A DNA stretch of 35,280 bases from the NCBI GenBank assembly GCA_964350885.1, contig CAYGKV010000007.1, positions 1-35,280 of the forward strand. The letters run 5' to 3'. The position numbers and the translations under genes were made by a program. The notes under the pieces are model-generated. The model worked only from the letters and a program-made list of their open reading frames with translations. It had not been told where the DNA came from and ran no database searches. Positions 8,389 through 17,863 of the stretch are shown here, in pieces. Position 1 is the stretch's first letter; each line of letters opens with the position of its first letter. This DNA is from an uncultured Candidatus Saccharibacteria bacterium (GTDB lineage: Bacteria > Patescibacteriota > Minisyncoccia > Phycocordibacterales > UBA2100).

Positions 8389-9348
8389 TCAGATTCCTTG
8401 CGGTAGATGTCGGAGAAACATATACATGTCTTCGATCGCTTTTACCGCGTCGCCGGCGGCGATGTTGTTTTGGTGGTAGAGGCCGTCGGTGCAGTCGCCA
8501 GCAGCCCAGATGCGAGGATGAGAGGTGCGGTGCGTCCGTGGATCGACTTTGACCTGTTTGACCGCGTTCATTTCAAGCGTGGTACCGAGCCAGCCGGTAT
8601 TGGGAAGGAGACCTATTTCGACAAAAATACCTTCCACCGGTAAGAGTGATTCCTTGCCAGAGAGCGAATCCTTCCATCGCAAGCCTGTAACGAATTGCGC
8701 ACCCTCTACCGCTACGATTTCGGAATTCTTGATGACGCGCATGTTGGGGTGGGAGAGCGCAGAGTCCACGCTTATTTTATCGGCCCTGAATGTATCGCCT
8801 CTGTTGAAGAGCGTGACAGTTTTGCAGTATGCGAGGAGTTGAAGCGCTGTCTCGAATGCAGCGTTGCCTCCGCCGATTACTGCGACATCCTTGTCGGCAA
8901 AGAGCGGGCCATCGCACGAGGCGCAATAGGTGAGACCCTTTTGGTCGTATTCCGCTGCCCCTGGCACCTCGAGCTTACGGCGATTTGCCCCGGTCGTAAT
9001 CAGGAGCGTCTGCGCTCGGTAGATCGTCTTTTCTTTTCCTCCCATGGTTGCGGCAGTTATTTCTAGCGAATCTTCGTGTGTCGTGAGCGATTCCGCAAGA
9101 GCGGGAGAAACGATGGTAAGCCACTCTCCTTTATAGCCTTCCACGTGCGTGCGCAGGTTGGCGGCGAGCTCTGCGCCGGAAATTGAGGGTGTCCCTATCC
9201 AATTTTGCACATCGGTAGAGACGGTGCTTTGGCCGCCCCACTCGGAGGTGATGAAGATGGTCTTGATGCGTTTGCGCGCGGCGTAAATAGCTGCGGCGGC
9301 CCCTGCGGGGCCGCCGCCCACTATCGAAAGCTCATATGTTTCTGTCAT
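8389..9348 (-). CDS. trxB: Thioredoxin-disulfide reductase-like FAD/NAD(P)H oxidoreductase
   Basis: 319 aa. FAD motif IVGGGPAGAAAAIYAARK, redox pair CASC, second dinucleotide motif VIGGGNAAFE, C-terminal AAGDC. Confidence 0.85.
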   Translation of the reverse strand: MTETYELSIVGGGPAGAAAAIYAARKRIKTIFITSEWGGQSTVSTDVQNWIGTPSISGAELAANLRTHVEGYKGEWLTIVSPALAESLTTHEDSLEITAATMGGKEKTIYRAQTLLITTGANRRKLEVPGAAEYDQKGLTYCASCDGPLFADKDVAVIGGGNAAFETALQLLAYCKTVTLFNRGDTFRADKISVDSALSHPNMRVIKNSEIVAVEGAQFVTGLRWKDSLSGKESLLPVEGIFVEIGLLPNTGWLGTTLEMNAVKQVKVDPRTHRTSHPRIWAAGDCTDGLYHQNNIAAGDAVKAIEDMYMFLRHLPQGI

Positions 9349-9365
9349 CGCGCTATTCTACCGTA

Positions 9366-10562
9366 CTATTTGCGACGTAGGAAAGACGGCAAGCCACCCC
9401 AATTATCATCTTCGTCGTCTACTTTAGGAGTGATCTTCGTGTCGATTTTTGGCGTGTCTTTCACGATCGGTTTTTCATATCCTTCCACGACGATTTCGCT
9501 TTTTTTCATCTCTTCGCGAACTCGTGGATTTACTGGCGGCACATCCTGATCTTTCTTGGCTACAAGGCGCTGAGAACCTGCAAAAAGATTGGATCGCTGG
9601 CCTGGCTCTGGGAAACCTGTCGCGATGACGGTCACGCGTACCTGGCCCTTCTTGAGCGAAGGATCAGTAACAGCACCAAAGATGACTTTTGCATCCGGAT
9701 CGATTGCTTCGGTGATGACGTTGGCGGCATCTTGGACTTCGAGCATACCCAAATCATCGCCACCAGCGACAGAGAAGAGCACGCCCTTCGCTCCTTGGAT
9801 CGAGACTTCGAGCAATGGAGAATTTATTGCGGCGCGAGCAGCCATTTCGGCGCGGTGTTCGCCGATCGCAGTGCCGATGCCCATGAGAGCGCTCCCGGCA
9901 TTCTGCATGATTGCGCGAACGTCGGCGAAGTCGACGTTTATGATGCCGGTCGTGGTGATGAGGTCTGAGATGCCTTCCACAGCCTGTTTCAGTATGTCAT
10001 CGCACATCGCGAATGCGTTTTTAATGCCGGTCTCTCGGGAAACGATCGCGAGGAGTTTGTCGTTTGGGATGATGATGAGTGCGTCCACCGCTTTGCGTAA
10101 TTCAGAAAGCCCGGCTTCTGCAAGACGCATGCGCTGCTGACCCTCAAAACTGAACGGTCGCGTAACGACTCCGACAGTGAGCGCGCCCAATTCTCGTGCG
10201 ATTTTTGCGACCGTGGGCGCTGCGCCTGTCCCCGTGCCACCACCCATGCCGCAGGTGATGAATACCATATCGGAACCCTTCACGGCTTCCTGGATGTCGT
10301 CGCGCGTTTCTTCCGCTGCTTGTTTTCCCAGTTCAGAATTCATACCGGCCCCCAATCCACGCGTCAGGTTTTTTCCGATATGGATTTTGCGTTTTGCTTT
10401 GGATTTGTGGAGGTCTTGCGCGTCTGTGTTGATAGCGATGAAGTCGACACCCATTACATGCGAAGCGACCATGTGATTCACGGCGTTGCCTCCCGAACCT
10501 CCGACTCCGATGACACGAATTCTCGCAAATGACTCTACGTCAGGCTTCACTTGTTTGGTCAT
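9366..10562 (-). CDS. ftsZ: Cell division GTPase FtsZ
   Basis: [13 protein letters not shown] and the tubulin signature [10 protein letters not shown], plus the C-terminal FtsA-binding-type peptide LPSFLRRK. The internal ATG at 10562 (MTKQVK) is preferred over the ORF-track start at 10631. Confidence 0.93.
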   Translation of the reverse strand: MTKQVKPDVESFARIRVIGVGGSGGNAVNHMVASHVMGVDFIAINTDAQDLHKSKAKRKIHIGKNLTRGLGAGMNSELGKQAAEETRDDIQEAVKGSDMVFITCGMGGGTGTGAAPTVAKIARELGALTVGVVTRPFSFEGQQRMRLAEAGLSELRKAVDALIIIPNDKLLAIVSRETGIKNAFAMCDDILKQAVEGISDLITTTGIINVDFADVRAIMQNAGSALMGIGTAIGEHRAEMAARAAINSPLLEVSIQGAKGVLFSVAGGDDLGMLEVQDAANVITEAIDPDAKVIFGAVTDPSLKKGQVRVTVIATGFPEPGQRSNLFAGSQRLVAKKDQDVPPVNPRVREEMKKSEIVVEGYEKPIVKDTPKIDTKITPKVDDEDDNWGGLPSFLRRK

Positions 10563-10667
10563 AGTGGGGACATCATAGCACTTTGAGGGAAAGCGCAAAC
10601 TTGACGAAATTGATATTCTAATGCAAGGCAAATCACCATAATCCAGCCAGAGGTCGGGAGTCGCAGG

Positions 10668-11840
10668 TCAGGGAAGGAGGTTTCGCACCCCTTGCTTCAG
10701 AGAGTCCCATGCGTCGCTGGCGATTTCCCCGAGCGAATGTCGGTTACCGCTCGTATCTTCAGCGTAACCCCAGCGGCACAAGCCGTAGGCGACGGCCCAC
10801 GAGGCGTCAACCCCCGATGACCGGGGCATCTGTCCAATCTGCGAGACCTGCGACGGGAGTTGCATAACGGCGCGTGCTATTTCTGCGGCTGAGGTAAGGC
10901 CAGAGCCGCCGCCAGTAATGACCACACCTGCGGGAAGCAAACGATGACGCCCCATGGATTTGAGATGTGCATTGACCACGGTGTACATTTCTTTGAGGCG
11001 TGCGCCGACGATCGTTTGCATCTTTTTTTCTGACACCTCGCTGCCGGTTACGCCTCCGCGCTTCAAACTTTCGGCTTCCGGCAGAGGTATGCGGAAAGAA
11101 AGTGCGATCGATTCAGTTATTTGTGCGGAACCGGTAGGGAAGATTTTGAGCGAAATCGGTGTATCGTCTTCGAACACCGCGACGGACAATGTTTCCGCGC
11201 CAATATTTGCCAAGACAACGCCGGCTGTCTTCTGTGCCTTAGTGAGCGTGACCAAGCTCGCAGCCAAAGGGGAAGCCATGATCCCTTCAACCTCGATTCC
11301 TGCCGCTTCTACCGCCTCCACAATGTCGTCTTGGTGTCGAGAGAGCATGGTGATCAAAAGCGTGTCCACCGCGAGCCGCGTGCCTTGGAGACCGAGCGGT
11401 TTGCCGAAGACTTTGGCGCCATCCACTCGATATTCAAGCGGGATTGCATGGACGATCGTGCGGTTGGTCAATTTGGGGCCGGCACGCTTCTCGCTTTCGC
11501 GCAATGCGCGCTCGATTTCACGGTCAGTCACGATGCCGCCCGAGGCGGTGAGCGCGACCTCGCCCGTACTTCGTATTTCGTCGAGGCCGATACCTCCCAG
11601 GCCCACGCGCGCACTGCGGACCTTTACTCTTGCGGAACCGATTGCACGCGCGAGCGCTTCAGAAACGCCCTTCGTCGCCTCTTTCTTGTCAATAATGTAG
11701 CCATGGCGAAGCCCTCGCGAGGACGAGGTGCCCGTACCTAGAATCGTGAGAGGGAGATCGGGGTTTTCTCCCGGTGCTGCAATAACCACTTTGACGTGGT
11801 AGGTCCCTATATCTATTCCTGTGTAGAATTGCCGTGCCAT
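10668..11840 (-). CDS. ftsA: Cell division protein FtsA (actin-like ATPase)
   Basis: YTGIDIGTYHVKVV phosphate-1 motif and GGGSGL near the C-terminus. Lies directly upstream of ftsZ. Start chosen at ATG 11840 (MARQFY). Confidence 0.9.
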   Translation of the reverse strand: MARQFYTGIDIGTYHVKVVIAAPGENPDLPLTILGTGTSSSRGLRHGYIIDKKEATKGVSEALARAIGSARVKVRSARVGLGGIGLDEIRSTGEVALTASGGIVTDREIERALRESEKRAGPKLTNRTIVHAIPLEYRVDGAKVFGKPLGLQGTRLAVDTLLITMLSRHQDDIVEAVEAAGIEVEGIMASPLAASLVTLTKAQKTAGVVLANIGAETLSVAVFEDDTPISLKIFPTGSAQITESIALSFRIPLPEAESLKRGGVTGSEVSEKKMQTIVGARLKEMYTVVNAHLKSMGRHRLLPAGVVITGGGSGLTSAAEIARAVMQLPSQVSQIGQMPRSSGVDASWAVAYGLCRWGYAEDTSGNRHSLGEIASDAWDSLKQGVRNLLP

Positions 11841-12304
11841 TGGTACGAGAAAGCGCGCAAGACGCCGCGCTCCTTGTCCTCCATTGTACGCCCATGTGAG
11901 AGGCCCTTCAAATGAAAACACCCGTGGACAAATAGGAGCGCGAGACGCTCTTCGAGGGTGATCTTGTAGCGGCGCGCTTCGCGCGCCGCTGCGCGCACAT
12001 TCAAAAATATCTCACCTTCCTGCTTTGAAAGAGGGAATGATAGTACATTCGGCGCGTACTTCTTTTTTCTATATTTCAGATTCATGCGGCGCGCGAGTGT
12101 GTCGCCGCAGATCACGAGCGAAAGCTCGTAGCGGGCGCCGAGTACGGCGCCCGCTATTTTCTCAAATGGAATCGGCGGTATGGGGCCGCGAAATGTCTTC
12201 TTTATAGCGACTAGCGAGGAACGAACATGAGAGCGTGCTCTCATGTTCTCCGAGCGAAGACGCAACATAAGGGAACCCTCTATGGAAATGCTCTCCGAGG
12301 ACAT
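11813..12304 (-). CDS. ybeY: rRNA maturation endoribonuclease YbeY
   Basis: HGCFHLKGLSHG matches the HxxxHxxGxxH zinc motif. Its start overlaps the rpsU stop (TAATG), and its 3' end overlaps the ftsA start by 28 nt. Confidence 0.85.
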   Translation of the reverse strand: MSSESISIEGSLMLRLRSENMRARSHVRSSLVAIKKTFRGPIPPIPFEKIAGAVLGARYELSLVICGDTLARRMNLKYRKKKYAPNVLSFPLSKQEGEIFLNVRAAAREARRYKITLEERLALLFVHGCFHLKGLSHGRTMEDKERGVLRAFSYQWHGNSTQE

Positions 12305-12618
12305 TACCGAGGGATCGCAGGAGCTTCGGGCTTCGGGGTTTGAGGTTGGTCGCGATTGAAAGATGGGCGACCTCGGCCGCGACCTACAGGGGTCTCGGAG
12401 ACTTTGCCTTCCTTAACGAGTTGCTTGAAGTCCGCACGGCGCTTGATGAGCTTGAGGGCGCGCTTTTTCTTTACGATCTTGGACGCGCCACGCACAAAAT
12501 AGCGCTGACCGCGGACGGTTCTCACCAAGCCCGTTCCCTGTACGCGCCGGCTGAATTTGCGAATGGTGGAAAGCGTGCTTTCATTGCCGCTTTTTGATAC
12601 TTCTGCATTGATTGACAT
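12304..12618 (-). CDS. rpsU: Ribosomal protein bS21 with an Arg/Gly/Pro-rich C-terminal tail
   Basis: MSINAEVSKSGNESTLSTIRKFSRRVQGTGL...RYFVRGASK is the bS21-like basic pattern. Start chosen at ATG 12618. Confidence 0.7.
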   Translation of the reverse strand: MSINAEVSKSGNESTLSTIRKFSRRVQGTGLVRTVRGQRYFVRGASKIVKKKRALKLIKRRADFKQLVKEGKVSETPVGRGRGRPSFNRDQPQTPKPEAPAIPR

Positions 12619-12746
12619 GTCGCGAGATAATAGCAGACTCAGTTCAAAAGTCAAAATGCCACGTCCCTTATATATGCGCTTCCGCCCGTCCGCCGATGCG
12701 GCGGCGGAGATGATCGGGGGCTGGGTTAAGAAGAGAGAACTAGGCG

Positions 12747-13430
12747 CTAGTCGAACAATTTTGGTACGTCGACTTCGCTCAGTTTTTCTACGACTTCATT
12801 TACACCCTCAATTTTCATCAGGGTTTCGTGCATCTCTTTTGGCCCAATCGCGACTATGTGTCCTGTGCCCGCGGCATGTGCGGCGGCTATTCCCGAACGT
12901 GCATCCTCGATAACAACACAATCTTCCGGCCTCAAGGAGAGTATTCTCGCGGCTTTCAAATAAATATCCGGGGCGGGTTTTCCGGGGAAAGTGCCGTCAT
13001 CAAAAGCGACAGCATCCATATCGAACCACGTCCCCAAATGCAGGTGATCAAAAAAGAATCGCACGTTACCGATCTCGGAGGATGTGGCAATGGTAAAAGG
13101 GACTTTCTTTCTCCGAAGTTGCTCAAGAAGTTCGATGGCACCTGGCGACAGCTTGAATTCCGACCCGAGAGCGAGGCAAGCGTTTTTATAAAGAGCTTCT
13201 TTTTCTTCCAAGAATTTCTGAGATTCTTCTTTGGGCACAGGGCGGCCCAGAAGATATTCCTGCACATTTTTATTCGGCTGTCCGTGTACGTGCTGGACCA
13301 TTTCATCATGTGCGAGCGGATGTCCTCTCAGTTTTTTCGAAAACTCTCTCCACGCCTCATCGTGGAGATGGGTGTCCCAAAGTAAGACGCCGTTGAAATC
13401 AAAGATAAGACCCTTAAATTTTTTCATCAT
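12747..13430 (-). CDS. HAD-superfamily hydrolase (subfamily IA, beta-phosphoglucomutase-like)
   Basis: Motif I LIFDFNGVL (DxN rather than DxD), motif II ATSS, motif III/IV GKPAP...VIEDARSG. Confidence 0.8.
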   Translation of the reverse strand: MMKKFKGLIFDFNGVLLWDTHLHDEAWREFSKKLRGHPLAHDEMVQHVHGQPNKNVQEYLLGRPVPKEESQKFLEEKEALYKNACLALGSEFKLSPGAIELLEQLRRKKVPFTIATSSEIGNVRFFFDHLHLGTWFDMDAVAFDDGTFPGKPAPDIYLKAARILSLRPEDCVVIEDARSGIAAAHAAGTGHIVAIGPKEMHETLMKIEGVNEVVEKLSEVDVPKLFD

Positions 13431-13435
13431 TCAGG

Positions 13436-14659
13436 CTAGGCAAGTGCTTCCGCGCGGCCGCCGATGCGGCGGCGGCGGAGGTAGTTGGATAATTCGGGGA
13501 GAGGAATCGCGTCTTGTGAATTTGTGGCGACTTCGCGCACGAGTATCGTCCCCTCCATCGCTTCTTTGTGTCCCATGATGATGATGTATGGCACCGCGAG
13601 CTCGCGCGCGGCGTTCATCTGCTCCGCCATGCGCTCGTACCAGAGACCTTGGTGCACTGGGATCATTGCCCGTCGCAGGCTCTCGAGGACCGAGATTGCG
13701 CGCCTGCGTGCTTCGTCACCGAGGTGTGCAAAATAAATTGCTGGCTGCGCTTCTCCGCTTCCGGCGCGCGCCTCGCGCTTGGGCCGCGTCTTACCGCGCA
13801 CTTCGCAGGTGATTGAAACAACCGCAGCCGATGCGGGCGATTGTGCAAAGCGGCTTGCGAGCGGATCATAGCGTCCACCGAATGCGATTGGCATATGGGT
13901 GCCACTCTCAGTGTCTGGAGTTGATATCTCAAACAACGAATGCGACCAGCAGTCGCGGCTCCCGAGGATGTGAGCGTTTAATTCATACGGCAGACCAAAC
14001 ACCTCAAGGTATTCGAGGAATTCCCAAAATCTTCGGCGCTCTTCTTCGGTCAAATATTCCATCGCCTGTGGTGCACGTGAGATTGCCGGATGGCCTCGCT
14101 CGATGAGTTGCACGAGTGTGCCTAGGGGATCGCTCGCTGCGCGCGGACGAAGCGTTGTCGATATGGACTCGATGTGTTTGCGCAAATACAATCCCACATC
14201 GCGGACATATCTATTGGATGAATCGGGCGATCCTATGTTGTTGACGCTCAGCACACGCTCCTTGATCCCGCCCTCTTCCGCAATTGCATTCGCGACGATG
14301 ACGAGGAGTGCCTCTGCGACGGCACTTCCCGGCCCGACGATATGCAGCTCAAACGTTATGGTCGGGATTACGGAGGTGTTGTTGAGAATTCGCCACGCGA
14401 GCACCGCACCATCTTTCTTCTCCGACAAAAGGCATTTGCGCGCCGAAGAGAGGAGCGGTCTCTCGTCGCGTCGTGCAAACGATACTTCAGATTCTACTTT
14501 CGAAAGTGGCATGATCGGTCGTCGCGTTACGCCGAGCTCTGGAGCGGCGGCGCGCGCCATTTCTTCAAGCGGAGAAAATCCGTAATACTCGGCGATTCGA
14601 ATAGCAGATCCTAGGAATGACGCAGTATTGGCATGCTGAGTGTCCTTCAGTCTAATCAT
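13436..14659 (-). CDS. Histidyl-tRNA synthetase-like class II protein (divergent; motif 2 degenerate)
   Basis: 407 aa. GGRYDPL (HisRS motif-3/HisB-like) and a C-terminal anticodon-binding-type domain (IYFAHLGD...PYIIIMGHKEAMEGTILVREV). The N-terminal motifs are poorly conserved by eye. Confidence 0.65.
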   Translation of the reverse strand: MIRLKDTQHANTASFLGSAIRIAEYYGFSPLEEMARAAAPELGVTRRPIMPLSKVESEVSFARRDERPLLSSARKCLLSEKKDGAVLAWRILNNTSVIPTITFELHIVGPGSAVAEALLVIVANAIAEEGGIKERVLSVNNIGSPDSSNRYVRDVGLYLRKHIESISTTLRPRAASDPLGTLVQLIERGHPAISRAPQAMEYLTEEERRRFWEFLEYLEVFGLPYELNAHILGSRDCWSHSLFEISTPDTESGTHMPIAFGGRYDPLASRFAQSPASAAVVSITCEVRGKTRPKREARAGSGEAQPAIYFAHLGDEARRRAISVLESLRRAMIPVHQGLWYERMAEQMNAARELAVPYIIIMGHKEAMEGTILVREVATNSQDAIPLPELSNYLRRRRIGGRAEALA

Positions 14660-14668
14660 AATATCTGA

Positions 14669-15286
14669 TTATTGTTCGGAAGAAGCGGATATGTTGGTCG
14701 TGTACGTAAATTGCGCGGGAAGGATGCCGATCTCTTGAAATGGATACAAACGAAACAGCACGCGCCCCACGATTTCTTCGCGCGGCAGAGCTCCCCACAT
14801 GCGAGAGTCGGATGAGACGCGGCGATTGTCGCCAAGAACAAAAAATTCGTCTTGATCGAGGGTGACACGCATATCGCCTACGCCACCTTGATTGGCTGGA
14901 TCGAGGTACGGCTCGGGAAGCGTGAAGCCTTGAAGGTTTTGCTCGTTGATAATGCTGATGCGAGAGCCCGAAAGCACGATGGTCTCTCCGGGGAGGCCGA
15001 TAATTCGCTTGATCAAGGCGCGGCTCGTATTTTGAGGGAGGTCGAAGATGATAATGTCGCCACGATGAGGCTCGGTAAAGTCGTATGACACGCGATCAAC
15101 GATCAAGTACTGCCAATCTGAGAAGTTTGGTTCCATCGAAGCTCCTTGAACGACGTATGGTGCTGCAATAAAGAAGCGGATGAAGAGCGCGAGACCGAGC
15201 GCAACCACGGTGTAGCCGAGCAATGAACCCTGCGAACCTTTTTTAATTTCCGGTGATGAATTTTCTTGCATCACGGGATCATTCAT
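14669..15286 (-). CDS. lepB: Signal peptidase I
   Basis: N-terminal TM, catalytic Ser box GASMEPN, Lys box IKRIIGLPGE, and GDNRRVSSDSR. Confidence 0.9.
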   Translation of the reverse strand: MNDPVMQENSSPEIKKGSQGSLLGYTVVALGLALFIRFFIAAPYVVQGASMEPNFSDWQYLIVDRVSYDFTEPHRGDIIIFDLPQNTSRALIKRIIGLPGETIVLSGSRISIINEQNLQGFTLPEPYLDPANQGGVGDMRVTLDQDEFFVLGDNRRVSSDSRMWGALPREEIVGRVLFRLYPFQEIGILPAQFTYTTNISASSEQ

Positions 15287-15438
15287 GGAGACATTCTACT
15301 GCGTGTTCGGCATTGACACCAAGTGTTTGTGATGTTGCATACGGTTTTTTTGTAAGGGAAATTTTTTCGCAGCAAGTTTTTTATTTTTTCTCCCACAGTA
15401 TTACTCTCCGGGACAGAAATACGCTATACTGCACCCTC

Positions 15439-16032
15439 ATGGCATGGGTAATCGTTGGCTTGGGCAATCCAGGAGAGGAATATGAGGGGACGCGACACAA
15501 TACCGGTCGCATAGTGCTCGATTTTTTCGTGCATCAGATGAAATTTGGCGAATGGAAGGTGGACAAGAAGGCAAAAGCGCGTGTGGCAAGTGGCATGATA
15601 GGGAAAACGGCAGTTGTCCTCGTCGAGCCAGACACGTTTATGAATAAATCGGGTGCCGCCATAGCGAAATTTGTGAAAAGCCAGAAAGCAGCAGAGCGTA
15701 TGGTCGTCGTGTATGACGATCTGGATCTTTCGATTGGCTCGATGAAGCTCTCATTCAATAGAGGAAGCGGTGGGCACAGGGGAGTGGAGTCCATCATGAA
15801 GGCGGTGAAGACCAAGAAGTTTACACGCGTCCGTATTGGCGTGTCGCCGGAGACTCCCGGGGGCGCATTGCGGAAACCCTCTGGTGAAAAAGAGGTCGTG
15901 AAATTTATTTTGGCGAAATTCAAATCGGCAGAGCTCGCCGATCTAAAGCCGGTTTTTAAGAAAGCCGCGCAGGCGCTCGAAGCGATCGTGCTCGATGGCT
16001 CCGAGCGCGCGATGAACCAGTTTAATTCGTGA
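15439..16032 (+). CDS. pth: Peptidyl-tRNA hydrolase
   Basis: VGLGNPGEEYEGTRHNTG N-terminal signature. Start chosen at ATG 15439, since the ORF-track start at 15253 would overlap lepB. Confidence 0.9.
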   Translation: MAWVIVGLGNPGEEYEGTRHNTGRIVLDFFVHQMKFGEWKVDKKAKARVASGMIGKTAVVLVEPDTFMNKSGAAIAKFVKSQKAAERMVVVYDDLDLSIGSMKLSFNRGSGGHRGVESIMKAVKTKKFTRVRIGVSPETPGGALRKPSGEKEVVKFILAKFKSAELADLKPVFKKAAQALEAIVLDGSERAMNQFNS

Positions 16033-17143
16033 CAGGCTTCAGTGTCATGCGACGATCCTTCGATTCGAAGAATGTAATCGTGAAAGGATAGACTTTGCCG
16101 AGTTCGAGCTTGGATCGGAGATCTTCTTCGCTCGCGAATTCGGAGATGTGTACCAAGCCCGCAACGCCCTCTTCGATCGATGCAAGAGCGCCGTGCTTGT
16201 TGTACTTGATCACGACCGCATCCACTCGCTGGTCTTTTTTGTATTTCTGAGCAGCCGCACCCCATGGATCTTCGAGGAGTGCTTTGATCGAGAGTGAGAC
16301 TTTGTCGTCTTTGACCTCGATCACTTTCACCTTCACCGCGTCTCCCACCTTGAATCGCGTTTTTGGATTCTCAACGAGCGCCCAATCCATTTCGGAAATG
16401 TGCACGAGGCCTTCGAGTCCTTCTTCGAGCTTTACGAACACGCCGAATTCGGTGGCACCGGTAACCACGCCACTCAATACATCGCCCACATGATATTTTC
16501 CTACAAGAGATGAGCGCTCCGTCACTCCCGCACCGCGCTCAGAGAAGATGAGCTTCTGCTCTTTCGGACTTGCCGTGATGACCATGACTTCCACTTTCTG
16601 TCCGACCATTTTTTTCAATTCAACAAAAATCTTTTCTTTGTCACCATCGGGGACGCGTGGATAGTGCGCAGGCGCAAGCTGCGAAGCTGGCAAGAATCCG
16701 GCCAAGCCGTTCCAATTAATGATGAGTCCGCCTTTGTTGGCATCGGTAACGGTGAGTTCAAAAACGGTCTTTTTCTGCACCGCTTGTTCGGCTTCGTTCC
16801 AGATGACCGCCTGCCGTGCTTCGCGGAGCGAGAGTTCGATATAGCCTTCGGCATTATCCATTCCCACGACCTTCGCCGTCACAATGTCGCCGATGTTTAC
16901 ATTCTTCAGCGCTTCGCGCGCCGAGAGGTATTCGCGGCCGTAGATGATGCCGGTGCCGTATGGCGCGAGATCGATAAAGACGCGCGCGCGACCAATTGCG
17001 ATCACGGGGCCTTCCACCACGTCATCTATAGTCGCTGGCGTAGCGGATTTTTGGAGCATCTCGGCCATTGGGCCTTGCTTTTCGACTACGGTCTCCACGT
17101 CACTCTCTTCGATAATAACAACCTTCTTTTCTTCTGTAACCAT
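16022..17143 (-). CDS. rpsA: Ribosomal protein bS1-like (four S1 RNA-binding repeats)
   Basis: 373 aa with repeated G.V.G.V...GvFV.L..g.eGLvHiSE S1 motifs. Confidence 0.85.
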   Translation of the reverse strand: MVTEEKKVVIIEESDVETVVEKQGPMAEMLQKSATPATIDDVVEGPVIAIGRARVFIDLAPYGTGIIYGREYLSAREALKNVNIGDIVTAKVVGMDNAEGYIELSLREARQAVIWNEAEQAVQKKTVFELTVTDANKGGLIINWNGLAGFLPASQLAPAHYPRVPDGDKEKIFVELKKMVGQKVEVMVITASPKEQKLIFSERGAGVTERSSLVGKYHVGDVLSGVVTGATEFGVFVKLEEGLEGLVHISEMDWALVENPKTRFKVGDAVKVKVIEVKDDKVSLSIKALLEDPWGAAAQKYKKDQRVDAVVIKYNKHGALASIEEGVAGLVHISEFASEEDLRSKLELGKVYPFTITFFESKDRRMTLKPVTN

Positions 17144-17263
17144 TGTTTTGTACGCTCGGGCTATCCTGCTTGCGCTACCGTATCAGTCTGCAGGGAAGCG
17201 TTACCGAACGCTCTGTTAATGAATAATGCACACAATATATATGAAATCGATGGGGAAAGCAAG

Positions 17264-17308
17264 AAAAATAAAAAAGGAGGGCAGCTGCGTCACGCAAGCT
17301 GCCCTCCC
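17264..17308 (-). terminator. Rho-independent terminator for a minus-strand transcript
   Basis: 11-bp stem ggagggcagct(17276-17286)/agctgccctcc(17297-17307). The A-run at 17266-17275 gives a U-run on the minus strand. Confidence 0.7.
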
Positions 17309-17366
17309 GAGGGTGCGGCCTTACAGGTCCCTGAGACCTATGGCCCACGGTAGTCCGGCCATTGGG

Positions 17367-17474
17367 TCAGGCCTCGCGCGCCGCGATGCCGGCAACTGAC
17401 GACGAATCCATGGCCACATCGATCTGGGCCGTCTTTGTCGCGGATGCCTGCGGAGTCTTCATGAATTTCTTCAT
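17367..17474 (-). CDS. Candidate small ORF (35 aa, MKKFMKTPQASATKTAQIDVAMDSSSVAGIAAREA)
   Basis: An ATG preceded by AAGGAGAA at SD distance. A strong terminator lies about 60 nt downstream. Below the ORF-track size cutoff. No homology assessable. Confidence 0.35.
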   Translation of the reverse strand: MKKFMKTPQASATKTAQIDVAMDSSSVAGIAAREA

Positions 17475-17659
17475 GATGTGTTCTCCTTGGTTTCAACCAA
17501 GCCTGCCTTCTGGACATCCCAGAAAGTGCTTGGCGAGGAATTTGCATTGGTTTGGATCCAATGCGCCTACGAGCCAAGCTACTCTCTCTCTATATATAAG
17601 TCAATTCGCTTGTGCGGGGGATAGTAGATTTTATGTGCTGTGTCTGGTACCATACAGTC

Positions 17660-17851
17660 ATGAACACGGTGACAAAAAACATGAATATGACAGGTATGAG
17701 AAAGCTTGCGCGAGAGGCCGACACGGCCGCGAAGACCGCGTTGCGCAATCGATTTCTTATCGAGACTTTTTTGAGTATTCGGGAAGCAGTGAATGGTAAG
17801 ACGAAAACACACGCGTCTGCGCGCGCTCTGTTTAAAAGGCTTGGCATATAG
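17660..17851 (+). CDS. Putative type II antitoxin (partner of the RelE/ParE-like toxin)
   Basis: 63 aa from ATG 17660, ending 12 nt before the toxin start. Small charged helical protein. Family not identified. Confidence 0.55.
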   Translation: MNTVTKNMNMTGMRKLAREADTAAKTALRNRFLIETFLSIREAVNGKTKTHASARALFKRLGI

Positions 17852-17863
17852 GGACCGCTGGGT

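Noticed and set aside
9366-10631. Extended N-termini suggested by the ORF track for ftsZ (10631), ftsA (11921), pth (15253), rpsU (12654), rpmG (34936) and the desulfurase (29359)
   Set aside because: The extensions are non-conserved, overlap neighbouring genes or promoters, or use weak starts. Internal ATGs give the canonical N-terminal motifs.
10954-11741. 248-aa and 206-aa plus-strand ORFs
   Set aside because: They are antisense to ftsA, with Ser/Ala/Arg-rich compositions typical of reverse-frame artefacts.
17338-17799. 79-aa minus-strand and 145-aa plus-strand ORFs in the rpsA-TA intergenic region
   Set aside because: They have no RBS, Arg/His/Cys-rich compositions, and overlap the better-supported 35-codon sORF, its terminator and the antitoxin start.
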